A DNA stretch of 64,000 nt from Myxococcota bacterium (GTDB lineage Bacteria; Myxococcota_A; Polyangia; Polyangiales; Sandaracinaceae): contig JAYZQJ010000128.1 in assembly GCA_036149055.1 (NCBI GenBank), positions 1-64,000 of the forward strand, in the 5' to 3' direction. Below are positions 1 to 7,853 of the stretch, in pieces. Within the stretch, counting starts at the first letter, position 1; every line of letters starts with the position of its first letter. The notes beneath the pieces are model-generated. The model saw nothing but the letters and a program-made list of their open reading frames with translations. It did not search any database and was not told where the DNA came from. A program made the translations under genes and the position numbers.

Positions 1-155
1 GGCAATCAGTTTGAAACCACCGGCGCTGCGGGGCGGGACCGCGGCCAGGCGCGCCCGGTCGCTCCTCGACGATGCCCTAGCATCGCCTCGTCCCGCCCGA
101 GCACGCCTGACCGCCCTCGCGCTCCCACATCCCTCGGCTCTCCAAACTGATCGCC
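1..155. repeat. Long imperfect palindrome (about 75-bp arms, loop CCTA at 76-79); may extend left of the window
   Basis: GGCAATCAGTTTGA (1-14) pairs with CCAAACTGATCGCC (142-155). The centre is CGATGC-CCTA-GCATCG. My manual alignment gives about 51/75 Watson-Crick pairs. Confidence 0.75.
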
Positions 156-205
156 GCTCCAGCCGCGCTCGGAGCGGAGCCGCGTGGCCCGTGCTAGGAC
201 CGGCC

Positions 206-571
206 ATGTCGAACCCGCAGCACAGTCGCGACAAGGGCCAGCTCTTCGAGAACAAGGACAAGCGCAAGCCCAGTCAGCCGGACCTCCGCGGCACCTGCGC
301 GATCGACGGCGCCCCCTACGACATGCAGGCGTGGCGGCGCGACGATCGGCTCTCGATCTCGCTGGCGCCCCCGCGCGGTGACTCCAACACCTACCCGCCG
401 GACGCCTTCCGCGGGATGCTGGACCGGGCCGTGAAGGGCCGCGGCGACGAGGGACCGACGCCGGCGTGGACCGGCGACGTCGTCGGTGACGAGGCCACGT
501 ACGCGATCCGCGCCTTCGAGAAGCAGGGCAAGAGCGGCGCCTACCTGGCGCTCTTCTTCACCCTCGCCTGA
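206..571 (+). CDS. Small protein with two tandem DUF736-like/phage SSB-like beta modules
   Basis: ATG at 206 in the 11..571 frame. Module 1 is GQLFENKDKRKPSQPDLRG...YDMQAW...LSISL and module 2 is GMLD...PAWTG...YAIRAFEKQGKSGAYLAL. Confidence 0.65.
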   Translation: MSNPQHSRDKGQLFENKDKRKPSQPDLRGTCAIDGAPYDMQAWRRDDRLSISLAPPRGDSNTYPPDAFRGMLDRAVKGRGDEGPTPAWTGDVVGDEATYAIRAFEKQGKSGAYLALFFTLA

Positions 572-2326
572 TCACCTCGCCGGGCGGCAGCCCTCTCGGA
601 GGGGCTGACCGCTCGACGGGACGATGATGAGGAACTCGACGCGGCGGTTGCGCTGGCGGCCTTCGCTGCGGGCGTTGTCGTCCAGCGGGTGCATCTCGCC
701 GCAGCCCCACGCCTCGAGGCGCTCGGCGGCGACGCCGGCCTCGCGGAGCCAGTCGATGATGGCGCGCGCGCGGGCGGTGGAGAGGGCGAGGTTGTCGGCG
801 TCGTTGCCGACCGCGTCGGTGTGACCCTCGATGCGCACGCGCTCGATCTGCGGGTTGGTCTGGAGGATCGAGACCACGTCGCGGAGCACGTCGAGGCTGC
901 GCTCCTCGATGTCGGCGGTGCCGACCGCGAACTCGACGCGCTCGCCGATCACGATCGAGCCGCCGCGGGCCATGCACGCGCGCTCCGGGCAGCCGGCGCA
1001 GGCGTCCGAGCCGGACGCGCCGCGGGTGAGCGGGCAGTGGTCGAGCTCGTCCGCCACCGCGTCGCCGTCGGCGTCCGCCTCCGGGCAGCCGTCGCGGTCG
1101 GCGATCTCGTCGTAGTCCTCGGGGTCGAGGGGACACCGGTCGAGCGAGTCCATGATCCGGTCGCCGTCGCGGTCGATCTCGGCGTAGGTGCGCGCGGTCT
1201 CCCCCGCGGGCATGCGGCGCGCGGCGTAGGGCGGGTCCGGCGGAGGCTCGACCCCGGGCGGGGTCTCGGGCGTGACCTCGCGGAACGGCGCGTCCTCGTC
1301 GTCTCCGGCCGCCGCCGCGGCGCTCGCGGTCTCTCCCGCGCCGCGCTCCTCGGTCGCCGCCCCGGTCGACGCGCGCGCCTCCGGGTCCGCGTCTCCGCCG
1401 GCCGACGTCGCCACGTGCACCTCGGGCGTCCAGCCGACGCTGAACACGCCGCGGAAGCTCGGCGTGCCCACGCCGCGCCCGAGACCGGGCCCGCCGGCGA
1501 GGCCGACGATCAGTCCGTCGACCGGCTGGACGCGCACGCCGAGCAGCGCCTCCCACGGGCTCGTCTGGGACTCGCCGAAGCGCTCGACGGCGGTGCTCGC
1601 CCAGGTCTCGATCCGCGCCTCGAGCAGGTCGTCGAGGAACCAGTAGCCGACGCCGAGCGCGACGGTCATCTCGTGGCCCAGCGCGAGGTTCGGCAGCCCC
1701 GACGCCTCGCGGAAGCGCACCCCGACCGATCCGGTGACGTGCAGCCCGTCGATCGGCTGCGCCTCGCCGACGAGGCTCGGCGTGAAGGTGACGCCGGCCT
1801 CGCCCGCGAGCTGCTGATCGCCCTGGGCCGCGCCCGCGGTGGGCACGGTGGCGACGAGGCTGGTGGCCAGCGCGAAGCGGTCGTCGTCGGTGGCGGCCAG
1901 GCGCCAGCGCGCGCCGAGCTGGAGATCCGACAGCCCCGCCCCGCCGGCGGGCGGGAAGCCGGGCACGCCCTCCCCCTCGAGCGCCAGCATCACCGGCAGC
2001 CGGGCGTGCACGAGCAGCCTGTCGAAGAGCCCGAGGGCGACCCCGACGTGCAGGCCGGCGAGGTGCTCGACGTAGGGCACCGGGTCGGGCCCGAGCCCGT
2101 CGACGACCAGGGGTCGGTGGGCGTAGTCGAGGTGCACGTCGAACGCGGGGCGGAGGTGCCCGGGCGCGATCGGGCGCTCGACCGCGAAGCCGTCACGCAC
2201 GGTGGGCGCGGGGCGGTACTGGTCGAGGCGGAAGGGCTGCGCGGACGCGGGGGCCGCGAAGGCGAGCCCGAGGCAGACGGCGAGGCCGAGAGCAGCGGCG
2301 TGGATCACGTGTCTCATGTCCTGCAT
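572..2326 (-). CDS. OmpA-family outer membrane protein (N-terminal beta-barrel, TSP3-like repeats, C-terminal OmpA peptidoglycan-binding domain; TraB-like architecture)
   Basis: Signal peptide ending ASA-Q. DRDGDRIMDSLDRCP and DADGDAVADELDHCP repeats. IEGHTD...NLALSTARA...NRRVEF OmpA motifs. Confidence 0.9.
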   Translation of the reverse strand: MQDMRHVIHAAALGLAVCLGLAFAAPASAQPFRLDQYRPAPTVRDGFAVERPIAPGHLRPAFDVHLDYAHRPLVVDGLGPDPVPYVEHLAGLHVGVALGLFDRLLVHARLPVMLALEGEGVPGFPPAGGAGLSDLQLGARWRLAATDDDRFALATSLVATVPTAGAAQGDQQLAGEAGVTFTPSLVGEAQPIDGLHVTGSVGVRFREASGLPNLALGHEMTVALGVGYWFLDDLLEARIETWASTAVERFGESQTSPWEALLGVRVQPVDGLIVGLAGGPGLGRGVGTPSFRGVFSVGWTPEVHVATSAGGDADPEARASTGAATEERGAGETASAAAAAGDDEDAPFREVTPETPPGVEPPPDPPYAARRMPAGETARTYAEIDRDGDRIMDSLDRCPLDPEDYDEIADRDGCPEADADGDAVADELDHCPLTRGASGSDACAGCPERACMARGGSIVIGERVEFAVGTADIEERSLDVLRDVVSILQTNPQIERVRIEGHTDAVGNDADNLALSTARARAIIDWLREAGVAAERLEAWGCGEMHPLDDNARSEGRQRNRRVEFLIIVPSSGQPLREGCRPAR

Positions 2327-2329
2327 CCC

Positions 2330-4675
2330 TCAGAGGTCGTACTGCCCGCGCACGGCCAGGGTCGCGGCGCCGAGGCCGACGAGCTCGTGGTCGCCGAAGC
2401 CGACCCGGCCCGAGAGCGCGACGACGACCGCCTGGAAGTCGAGCCCGACGGCGAGGCCCACGGTGCCGGCCGCGCGGAAGCCCTGCTCCTCGCCGAGCAC
2501 CAGGCCGAGCTCGGCGCCGAGGATCAGCGGCCCGACGGCGCGCCAGTCGGCGCCGTACGCCGAAGCCCAGAGCCGGCTGCCGGTGTCGTCGAGATCGAGC
2601 AAGGCGGCCTGACGCGTGCGGAGGATCACCTGGTCGTCCGCGAGCCGGATCGAGCCATCGACCGCGAGCCGAAGGCGCACCCGGTCGAGGCCCTGGTCTC
2701 CGGCCGCGGGCAGCCAGACGCCCGCCTCCGCCGCCAGGCCGAACGCGCCCTCGTCGACGATGAGGCTCCCGAGCGCCGCGTGCAGATCGCGCGAGCCGCG
2801 CTGGGCCGGGCGGTTGACGCTGCCGGTCAGGTCGAGCGGGGCGGCGACGTCGATACGGAGGCGATCCTCGAGGAGCGCCAGCCGGAGCCCCGCGCTCAGC
2901 CGGGCTCTCACCTCGGCGTCGCCCGCCTCGGCGCTGACCAGGGTGGCCGCGAGGTGGGCGCCGCTCCCGCGCCGGCGCTCGTCGACCAGGCCGACCGCGC
3001 TCGGGAACGCGTTCAGCCCGAAGCTCTCCTGCGCCGAGGGGAACGGAGGCGGCGCCTCGGGGGACACCGCCGCCACGGCCTCGCTCGTCACCGGGAGGGT
3101 GAAGGCGCCGACCTCGAGCGCCGCCGGGTCGTCGCTCACCACCGCGAAGGCGGCCTCGGGCGCGTCGCCCGCGATCACGTTCGCGCGGAGCGCGCCGCCG
3201 TTCCGGTCGGTCACCGTCGCGGTCGCGCCGCCGAGGCCTCGGAGGGTCAGCCCCGAGACGTCCTCGAGGCCCTCGACCGTGATCACGACCGGGCTCGCCC
3301 CCTCGCGCGCCGCGGTGGCCTCCCCGCCGTTCGGGCCGCGGACGTCGACCGCGACGTCGGTCACCTCGATGGCGAGCGCGCCCAGGACCGCGCCGTCCCG
3401 TCGACAGGTCACCTCACGGCGGCCGACCTCGCGCAGGGTGGTGTCGCCGCAGTCGACGTCGGCGGGCACCGAGAGGCGCGAGAAGCGCGGCGCGCTCGGC
3501 GGCGACTCCGGCACCGACTCGAAGTCGAGCTCGGCGAGGCCGCTGTCGATCGCCTCCAGCCCGAAGGGGTCGGGCTCGCGCACCGGGGCCGGCGTGCCTC
3601 CGGGCGGCACGACCTGCGCGGACAGCACGGTGACCTCCACCGGCTGGGCCGGCCGGCCCTCGAAGCGCTCCTCGTCGATGGTGGCGACGCGCACGTAGTA
3701 GGTGCCGGCCGGGAGGCGGTGCAGCTCGAGCTCGGTCACCTCGGCCGCGACCTCGACCGACGCGAGCAGGTCGCGGCCGTCCTCGCGGCGCGCGACCTCG
3801 ACCCGATAGCGGTGCGCGTTCGGGACCGCGCCCCACGCGCCGCGCAGGGTCGCGCCGTGCCCGCCGAGCGAGAGGAAGGTGCGCGGCGTGTCCGCGCTCC
3901 AGGTCGGCGCGGGCGGCAGCGGCCGGGGCGGGGTCGGCGGGCGACCGCGGGCCACCCGCGTCCCCATCCCGGCGCGCACGCTCACCCGGCCGGCGCCGTT
4001 CGGGCGGCTCACCGAGGCGGCGTCGCCCTGATGCACCGCGACCCGCGTGGTGCCCTCGCCGTCGACGTCGAGGCTCGCCTCGCCGGTGCTGAGGCTCGCG
4101 AGCGCCGAGGGGGTCTCGACCTCGAGCGACTCGCCGCCGCTGAGCGAGCTGATGCGGCTGAGCACGCTGCCCTCGCGCACCACCGCGCGGGCGCCCTCGC
4201 GCCGCACTCGCTGCGCGCCGCCCCCGTAGACGATCACCAGCGTCTGCTCGCGCACGTGCGCGACCGCGGAGCTCTGGAAGGTCAGGTCGGCGCTCGAGCG
4301 CTCGCCGGTGGAGACGCGCCAGCCTCGATCCAGCTCCTGCCCTACCCGCACCGCGTCCCAGTCGGGGGCCTGCGGCGGCTGACCGCGGACCTGACGGCGC
4401 GCCGCGGTCACCGTGGCCTCGGCGCCGGAGCTGACCTGCACGTCCGGCAGCGACAGCACGGTGCCGGGCTCCAGGTCGTGCGGCATCGGGCCGAGCTCGG
4501 GGTTGTGCTGGTGGATGAGATCGTAGCGGCGGCTGTTGCCGTACACGCGCCGGGCGATGCTCCCGCAGGAGTCGCCCTCGCGCACGGTGTACGACCGCAT
4601 CTGCTGCGCCGCCGCCGGCGAGGCGAGGAGCGCGCACGCGGCGAGGGTCAGCGCCGTGGCCTGGATCGTTCTCAC
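2330..4675 (-). CDS. Secreted LysM + FecR-like + FN3-like protein with a beta-rich (barrel-like) C-terminus
   Basis: Signal peptide AAA-Q. LysM YTVREGDSCGSIARRVYG...HNP...LEPGTVLSLP. FecR-like VSTGERSSADLTF...VETPSALA...TRVAVHQG. FN3-like W...YRVEVA...LPAGTYYVRVATID. GTG overlaps the upstream stop. Confidence 0.8.
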   Translation of the reverse strand: MRTIQATALTLAACALLASPAAAQQMRSYTVREGDSCGSIARRVYGNSRRYDLIHQHNPELGPMPHDLEPGTVLSLPDVQVSSGAEATVTAARRQVRGQPPQAPDWDAVRVGQELDRGWRVSTGERSSADLTFQSSAVAHVREQTLVIVYGGGAQRVRREGARAVVREGSVLSRISSLSGGESLEVETPSALASLSTGEASLDVDGEGTTRVAVHQGDAASVSRPNGAGRVSVRAGMGTRVARGRPPTPPRPLPPAPTWSADTPRTFLSLGGHGATLRGAWGAVPNAHRYRVEVARREDGRDLLASVEVAAEVTELELHRLPAGTYYVRVATIDEERFEGRPAQPVEVTVLSAQVVPPGGTPAPVREPDPFGLEAIDSGLAELDFESVPESPPSAPRFSRLSVPADVDCGDTTLREVGRREVTCRRDGAVLGALAIEVTDVAVDVRGPNGGEATAAREGASPVVITVEGLEDVSGLTLRGLGGATATVTDRNGGALRANVIAGDAPEAAFAVVSDDPAALEVGAFTLPVTSEAVAAVSPEAPPPFPSAQESFGLNAFPSAVGLVDERRRGSGAHLAATLVSAEAGDAEVRARLSAGLRLALLEDRLRIDVAAPLDLTGSVNRPAQRGSRDLHAALGSLIVDEGAFGLAAEAGVWLPAAGDQGLDRVRLRLAVDGSIRLADDQVILRTRQAALLDLDDTGSRLWASAYGADWRAVGPLILGAELGLVLGEEQGFRAAGTVGLAVGLDFQAVVVALSGRVGFGDHELVGLGAATLAVRGQYDL

Positions 4676-5970
4676 CGCATCCTCCTCTTCGCCTTCTTCA
4701 CCGCGCGCTTCACCTTGCGCGCGATCTGCTCCACCCGGAGCGGCGCGCTCACCACGTCCGCCGCCCCCGCGTTGAGCAGGGCCTGCACGTGCGCCGCGTC
4801 CGAGGTGTCGGCGGCCGCGATCACGGGGCGCCCGAGCACCACCAGCTGGGCGACGATCGCCGCGTCGCCCTGCGGCACCAGGATGGCCGCCGCCTCGGGC
4901 GGGATCTCCTCCATCGACGACACGACGCGCGGGGCGAGGCCGTCGACCCGCAGCCCGACCGCGATCTGCTCCTCGAGCCCGGCGGTGACCGCGACGACGA
5001 GCTGGTCACCCACCGGGGCCGCGCCCGTCGCCTGCCCCGCGCTCTCCGGCGCCGGGACCATGCGCGCCGCGCGCTCCACCAGGGCGCCGGCCCCGCGGCT
5101 GCGCTCGCGCTCCCCGAGGGTGTTGGCCAGCTGCTCGAGCGCCGAGCGCACCGCCGCCGCCGACGGCCGCTCCTCGGGGCGCTTGGCGAGCATCTGCATC
5201 ACCAGCGCCTCGAGCGACCGCGGCACGAAGACGTCGGCGTTGCGACGGCTCGGCGGGACCGGCTCGGCGAAGACGTGCTTCGAGAGCAGGAGCATCGGCG
5301 CGCCGTCGAAGGGCGGCTGGCCGACGATCAGCTCGTAGAGGATGCAGCCGAGCGAGTAGACGTCGGACCACGGCCCGAGGTTCTTCATGTGGATCTGCTC
5401 GGGCGAGATGTAGGACGGCGTGCCCATGATCACGTCCGCCGAGGTCAGCCGGTCGGCGTCCTCGCGCTCGGCGATGAAGCCGAGGCCGAAGTCCACGACC
5501 ACCGCGCGGTCGTGCCCGCGATCGTCGCGCTCGATGAAGAGGTTCTCGGGCTTGAGGTCGCGGTGGATGAGCGGCAGCGCGTGCGCCGCCACCAGCGCGT
5601 CGGCCACCTGGCGCACGATCTCGAGCGCGCGGGGGAGCGGCATCACGCCGCCGCGCAGCAGGTGCGAGAGCGGAGCCCCGTCGAGCCGCTCCATGACGAG
5701 GAAGAGCCGGCCCGCGTCCTCCCCGAAGTCGTGGATCTCGACGGTGTGCGGGTGCCGGAGCGCGGCGGTGACGCGGGCCTCGCGCTCGAAGCGGGCCCGG
5801 GCCTCGGGCTGCGCGCCGACCTCGGGGTGGAGCAGCTTGATCGCGACCGCGCGGTTGAGCTGCGTCTGCTGGGCCTCGAAGACCGCGCCCATGCCGCCCT
5901 CGCCGAGCAGCGCGCCGACCCGGTAGCGGCCGCCGATGATCTCCCCGGGCTGCGCGAGCGCCTCTCTCAC
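4672..5970 (-). CDS. Ser/Thr protein kinase (Hanks type) with C-terminal degenerate receiver-like domain
   Basis: LGEGGMGAV, VAIK, HRDLKPEN, DFG and GTPSYISPEQ motifs. GTG at 5970 overlaps the cyclase stop (GTGA). The upstream part of track ORF 4672..7845 is shadow sequence. Confidence 0.9.
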   Translation of the reverse strand: MREALAQPGEIIGGRYRVGALLGEGGMGAVFEAQQTQLNRAVAIKLLHPEVGAQPEARARFEREARVTAALRHPHTVEIHDFGEDAGRLFLVMERLDGAPLSHLLRGGVMPLPRALEIVRQVADALVAAHALPLIHRDLKPENLFIERDDRGHDRAVVVDFGLGFIAEREDADRLTSADVIMGTPSYISPEQIHMKNLGPWSDVYSLGCILYELIVGQPPFDGAPMLLLSKHVFAEPVPPSRRNADVFVPRSLEALVMQMLAKRPEERPSAAAVRSALEQLANTLGERERSRGAGALVERAARMVPAPESAGQATGAAPVGDQLVVAVTAGLEEQIAVGLRVDGLAPRVVSSMEEIPPEAAAILVPQGDAAIVAQLVVLGRPVIAAADTSDAAHVQALLNAGAADVVSAPLRVEQIARKVKRAVKKAKRRMR

Positions 5971-7748
5971 CACTGCACCTCGTACAGCCGGATGGGCTGC
6001 TCGCGACCGGCGAGCGAGTGCTCGGCGGCGTCGGCGTAGTCGAAGTCGGGCGCGGCCCGCCGGACGTCCTCGGTCACCAGGATCTGGTTCGGCCGCGCCA
6101 TCGCCTCGAGGCGCGCGGCGACGTTCACCATGTCGCCGATGGCCGTGTACTCCATGCGCTTCTCGGAGCCGATGTTGCCCACGACCGCGACCCCCGTGTG
6201 CACGCCGATCGCGAGCTGCACGGTCACCCCGTACTGCTGCTCCCAGCGCTCGTTGCCCGTCTCGAGCCAGCTGAGCATGTCCTCGGCCGCGTCGAGCGCG
6301 CGGCGCGCGTGATCGGGGTGCTCGCGGGGCGCGCCCCACATCGCCATGACGCAATCTCCGATGAACTTGTCCACCGTGCCGCCGTGCCGGAAGATGATGT
6401 CGGTCTGGATGGTGAAGAGCTCGTTCAGGATCGTGACCACGTGCTCCGGATCGAGCTGCTCGGTGAGGGGCGTGAAGCCGACGACGTCGGCGAACATCAC
6501 CGTCACCGGCCGGCGCCGGCCGCCCAGATCCATGTCGGCCTCGCGGCGCACGATCTGATCGACGATGTCCGGCGAGAGGTAGCGGCCCAGGTCGCCGCGG
6601 ATGGCGGCCTCGCGCGCGAGCTGCTCCTCGCTGGCGCGGAGGTCCGCGGCGGCGCGGTTCATCGAGTGGGCGAGCACCGCCAGCTCGTCGGAGGTGGAGA
6701 CCTTCACCCGGGCGTCGAAGCGGCGCTCGGCGAGCTGACGCGCGTAGTCGGTGAGCCGGCGGAGCGGCGCGCTGATGCGCCTCGCCATCAGCAGGCCGAG
6801 GAGCAGCGCGGTGACGATCGCGATCGCCACCACCAGGAAGACGATGCGCGTCATGCGGGAGATCGACGCGTAGGCGATCGACTGCGGGACCTGCGCGATC
6901 GCGGTCCACGGCTGGGTGGTGAGCCCGACCGCCGAGCCCAGCATCGGCGCGCCGTCCGCGGCCTCGTACTCGCCCGACTGGCTGAAGCGCGGCCCGAGCA
7001 GCGCCGGGTCCACGTCCCGGAGGATGCCCTGATCCTGCGCGCTCGAGAGGCTGATCGCTCGCTCGCGATCGGCGTGGGCCACCGTGCGGAGGTCGCGGTC
7101 GACGAGGAGCAGCGCGTCGTCGATGCCGTTGAAGTGCCCGTCGGCCAGCCGCTCCACCCGCCGCTGCACGTCCTCGAGATCGACGAGGCTCAGCACGTAG
7201 CCGGTGGTGCGCTCGCCCACGCGGATCCGCACGGCGACCGGGACCCGCGGCTCGCCGCCGTGGAGCGCGACCGGGCCGGTGGCCGCGTGGAGCTGCTCGA
7301 TCTGCGCGCGCATCGCCTCGGGCAGCGTCTCGGGGGGCTGGATGTGATCGAGCCCCTCCTCGGCGACGACCGCGACGCGGCGCCCCTCGACGTCGTAGAG
7401 CGCGACGTGATCGACCGCCTCCTGGCCGGTCACCATCGCGCGCAGCACCGTCATGCGCGTCCCGTCGTCGAGGGACGGGTCGGCGAAGAGCGAGCCCATC
7501 ATGTCGAGCGCGTCCTGGGCGTCGACGATCTCCTGGTCGACGGTGCGCGTGATGTCCTCGAGGGCGAGGAGCTGCACCTCGCGGCTCAAGCTCTCGACCG
7601 CGTCGGCGTTCACGTCGATGAGGACGAATCCGACGATGGACAGCGGCGCCACCGCGAGCAGCGTGGCGAGCAGCCCGAGCTTCAGACCGATCGGGAAGCG
7701 CGTCTTCGGGGGCGGGCTCGCCTCGGTGTCGTCGGGCCGATCGGTCAT
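5967..7748 (-). CDS. Membrane class III adenylate cyclase (2 TM, periplasmic Cache-like sensor, HAMP)
   Basis: TVMFADVVGFT, VDKFIGDCVMA, IGVHTG and EYTAIGDMVNVAARLE (Lys/Thr purine-specifying pair of class IIIb adenylyl cyclases). HAMP ISAPLRRL...DELAVLAHSMN. Confidence 0.92.
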   Translation of the reverse strand: MTDRPDDTEASPPPKTRFPIGLKLGLLATLLAVAPLSIVGFVLIDVNADAVESLSREVQLLALEDITRTVDQEIVDAQDALDMMGSLFADPSLDDGTRMTVLRAMVTGQEAVDHVALYDVEGRRVAVVAEEGLDHIQPPETLPEAMRAQIEQLHAATGPVALHGGEPRVPVAVRIRVGERTTGYVLSLVDLEDVQRRVERLADGHFNGIDDALLLVDRDLRTVAHADRERAISLSSAQDQGILRDVDPALLGPRFSQSGEYEAADGAPMLGSAVGLTTQPWTAIAQVPQSIAYASISRMTRIVFLVVAIAIVTALLLGLLMARRISAPLRRLTDYARQLAERRFDARVKVSTSDELAVLAHSMNRAAADLRASEEQLAREAAIRGDLGRYLSPDIVDQIVRREADMDLGGRRRPVTVMFADVVGFTPLTEQLDPEHVVTILNELFTIQTDIIFRHGGTVDKFIGDCVMAMWGAPREHPDHARRALDAAEDMLSWLETGNERWEQQYGVTVQLAIGVHTGVAVVGNIGSEKRMEYTAIGDMVNVAARLEAMARPNQILVTEDVRRAAPDFDYADAAEHSLAGREQPIRLYEVQW

Positions 7749-7819
7749 GCGCGCCGTTCGTACCAGAACCCGGCGCCTTTGGCAGGGGTTCGGAGCGAAC
7801 CCCGTTCAGTCTCCGCCGC

Positions 7820-7848
7820 TTGATTCGCCGCGGCGCCCCGACCACGCT
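7820..7848 (+). promoter_or_regulatory. Possible sigma70-type promoter TTGATT-N17-CACGCT
   Basis: Canonical 17-bp spacing, ending 5 nt before GTG 7854. Confidence 0.4.
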
Positions 7849-7853
7849 GCCCG

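Noticed and set aside
9..17. GTTTGAAAC resembling a CRISPR repeat 3' end
   Set aside because: Single occurrence with no repeat-spacer periodicity or cas genes in the window. It is better explained as part of the 1-155 palindrome, though upstream sequence is not visible.
1..205. Canonical integron attC site
   Set aside because: It lacks RYYYAAC...GTTRRRY in the proper order, and no integrase or cassette array is visible.
689..5338. 1549-aa plus-strand ORF
   Set aside because: Antisense shadow of genes with clear motifs on the minus strand. Stop codons are scarce at this GC content and no domain motifs are present.
5971..7845. Apparent N-terminal extension of the kinase or a cyclase-kinase fusion
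   Set aside because: Arg-rich off-frame read of the cyclase gene. The two genes are separate, joined by a GTGA overlap.
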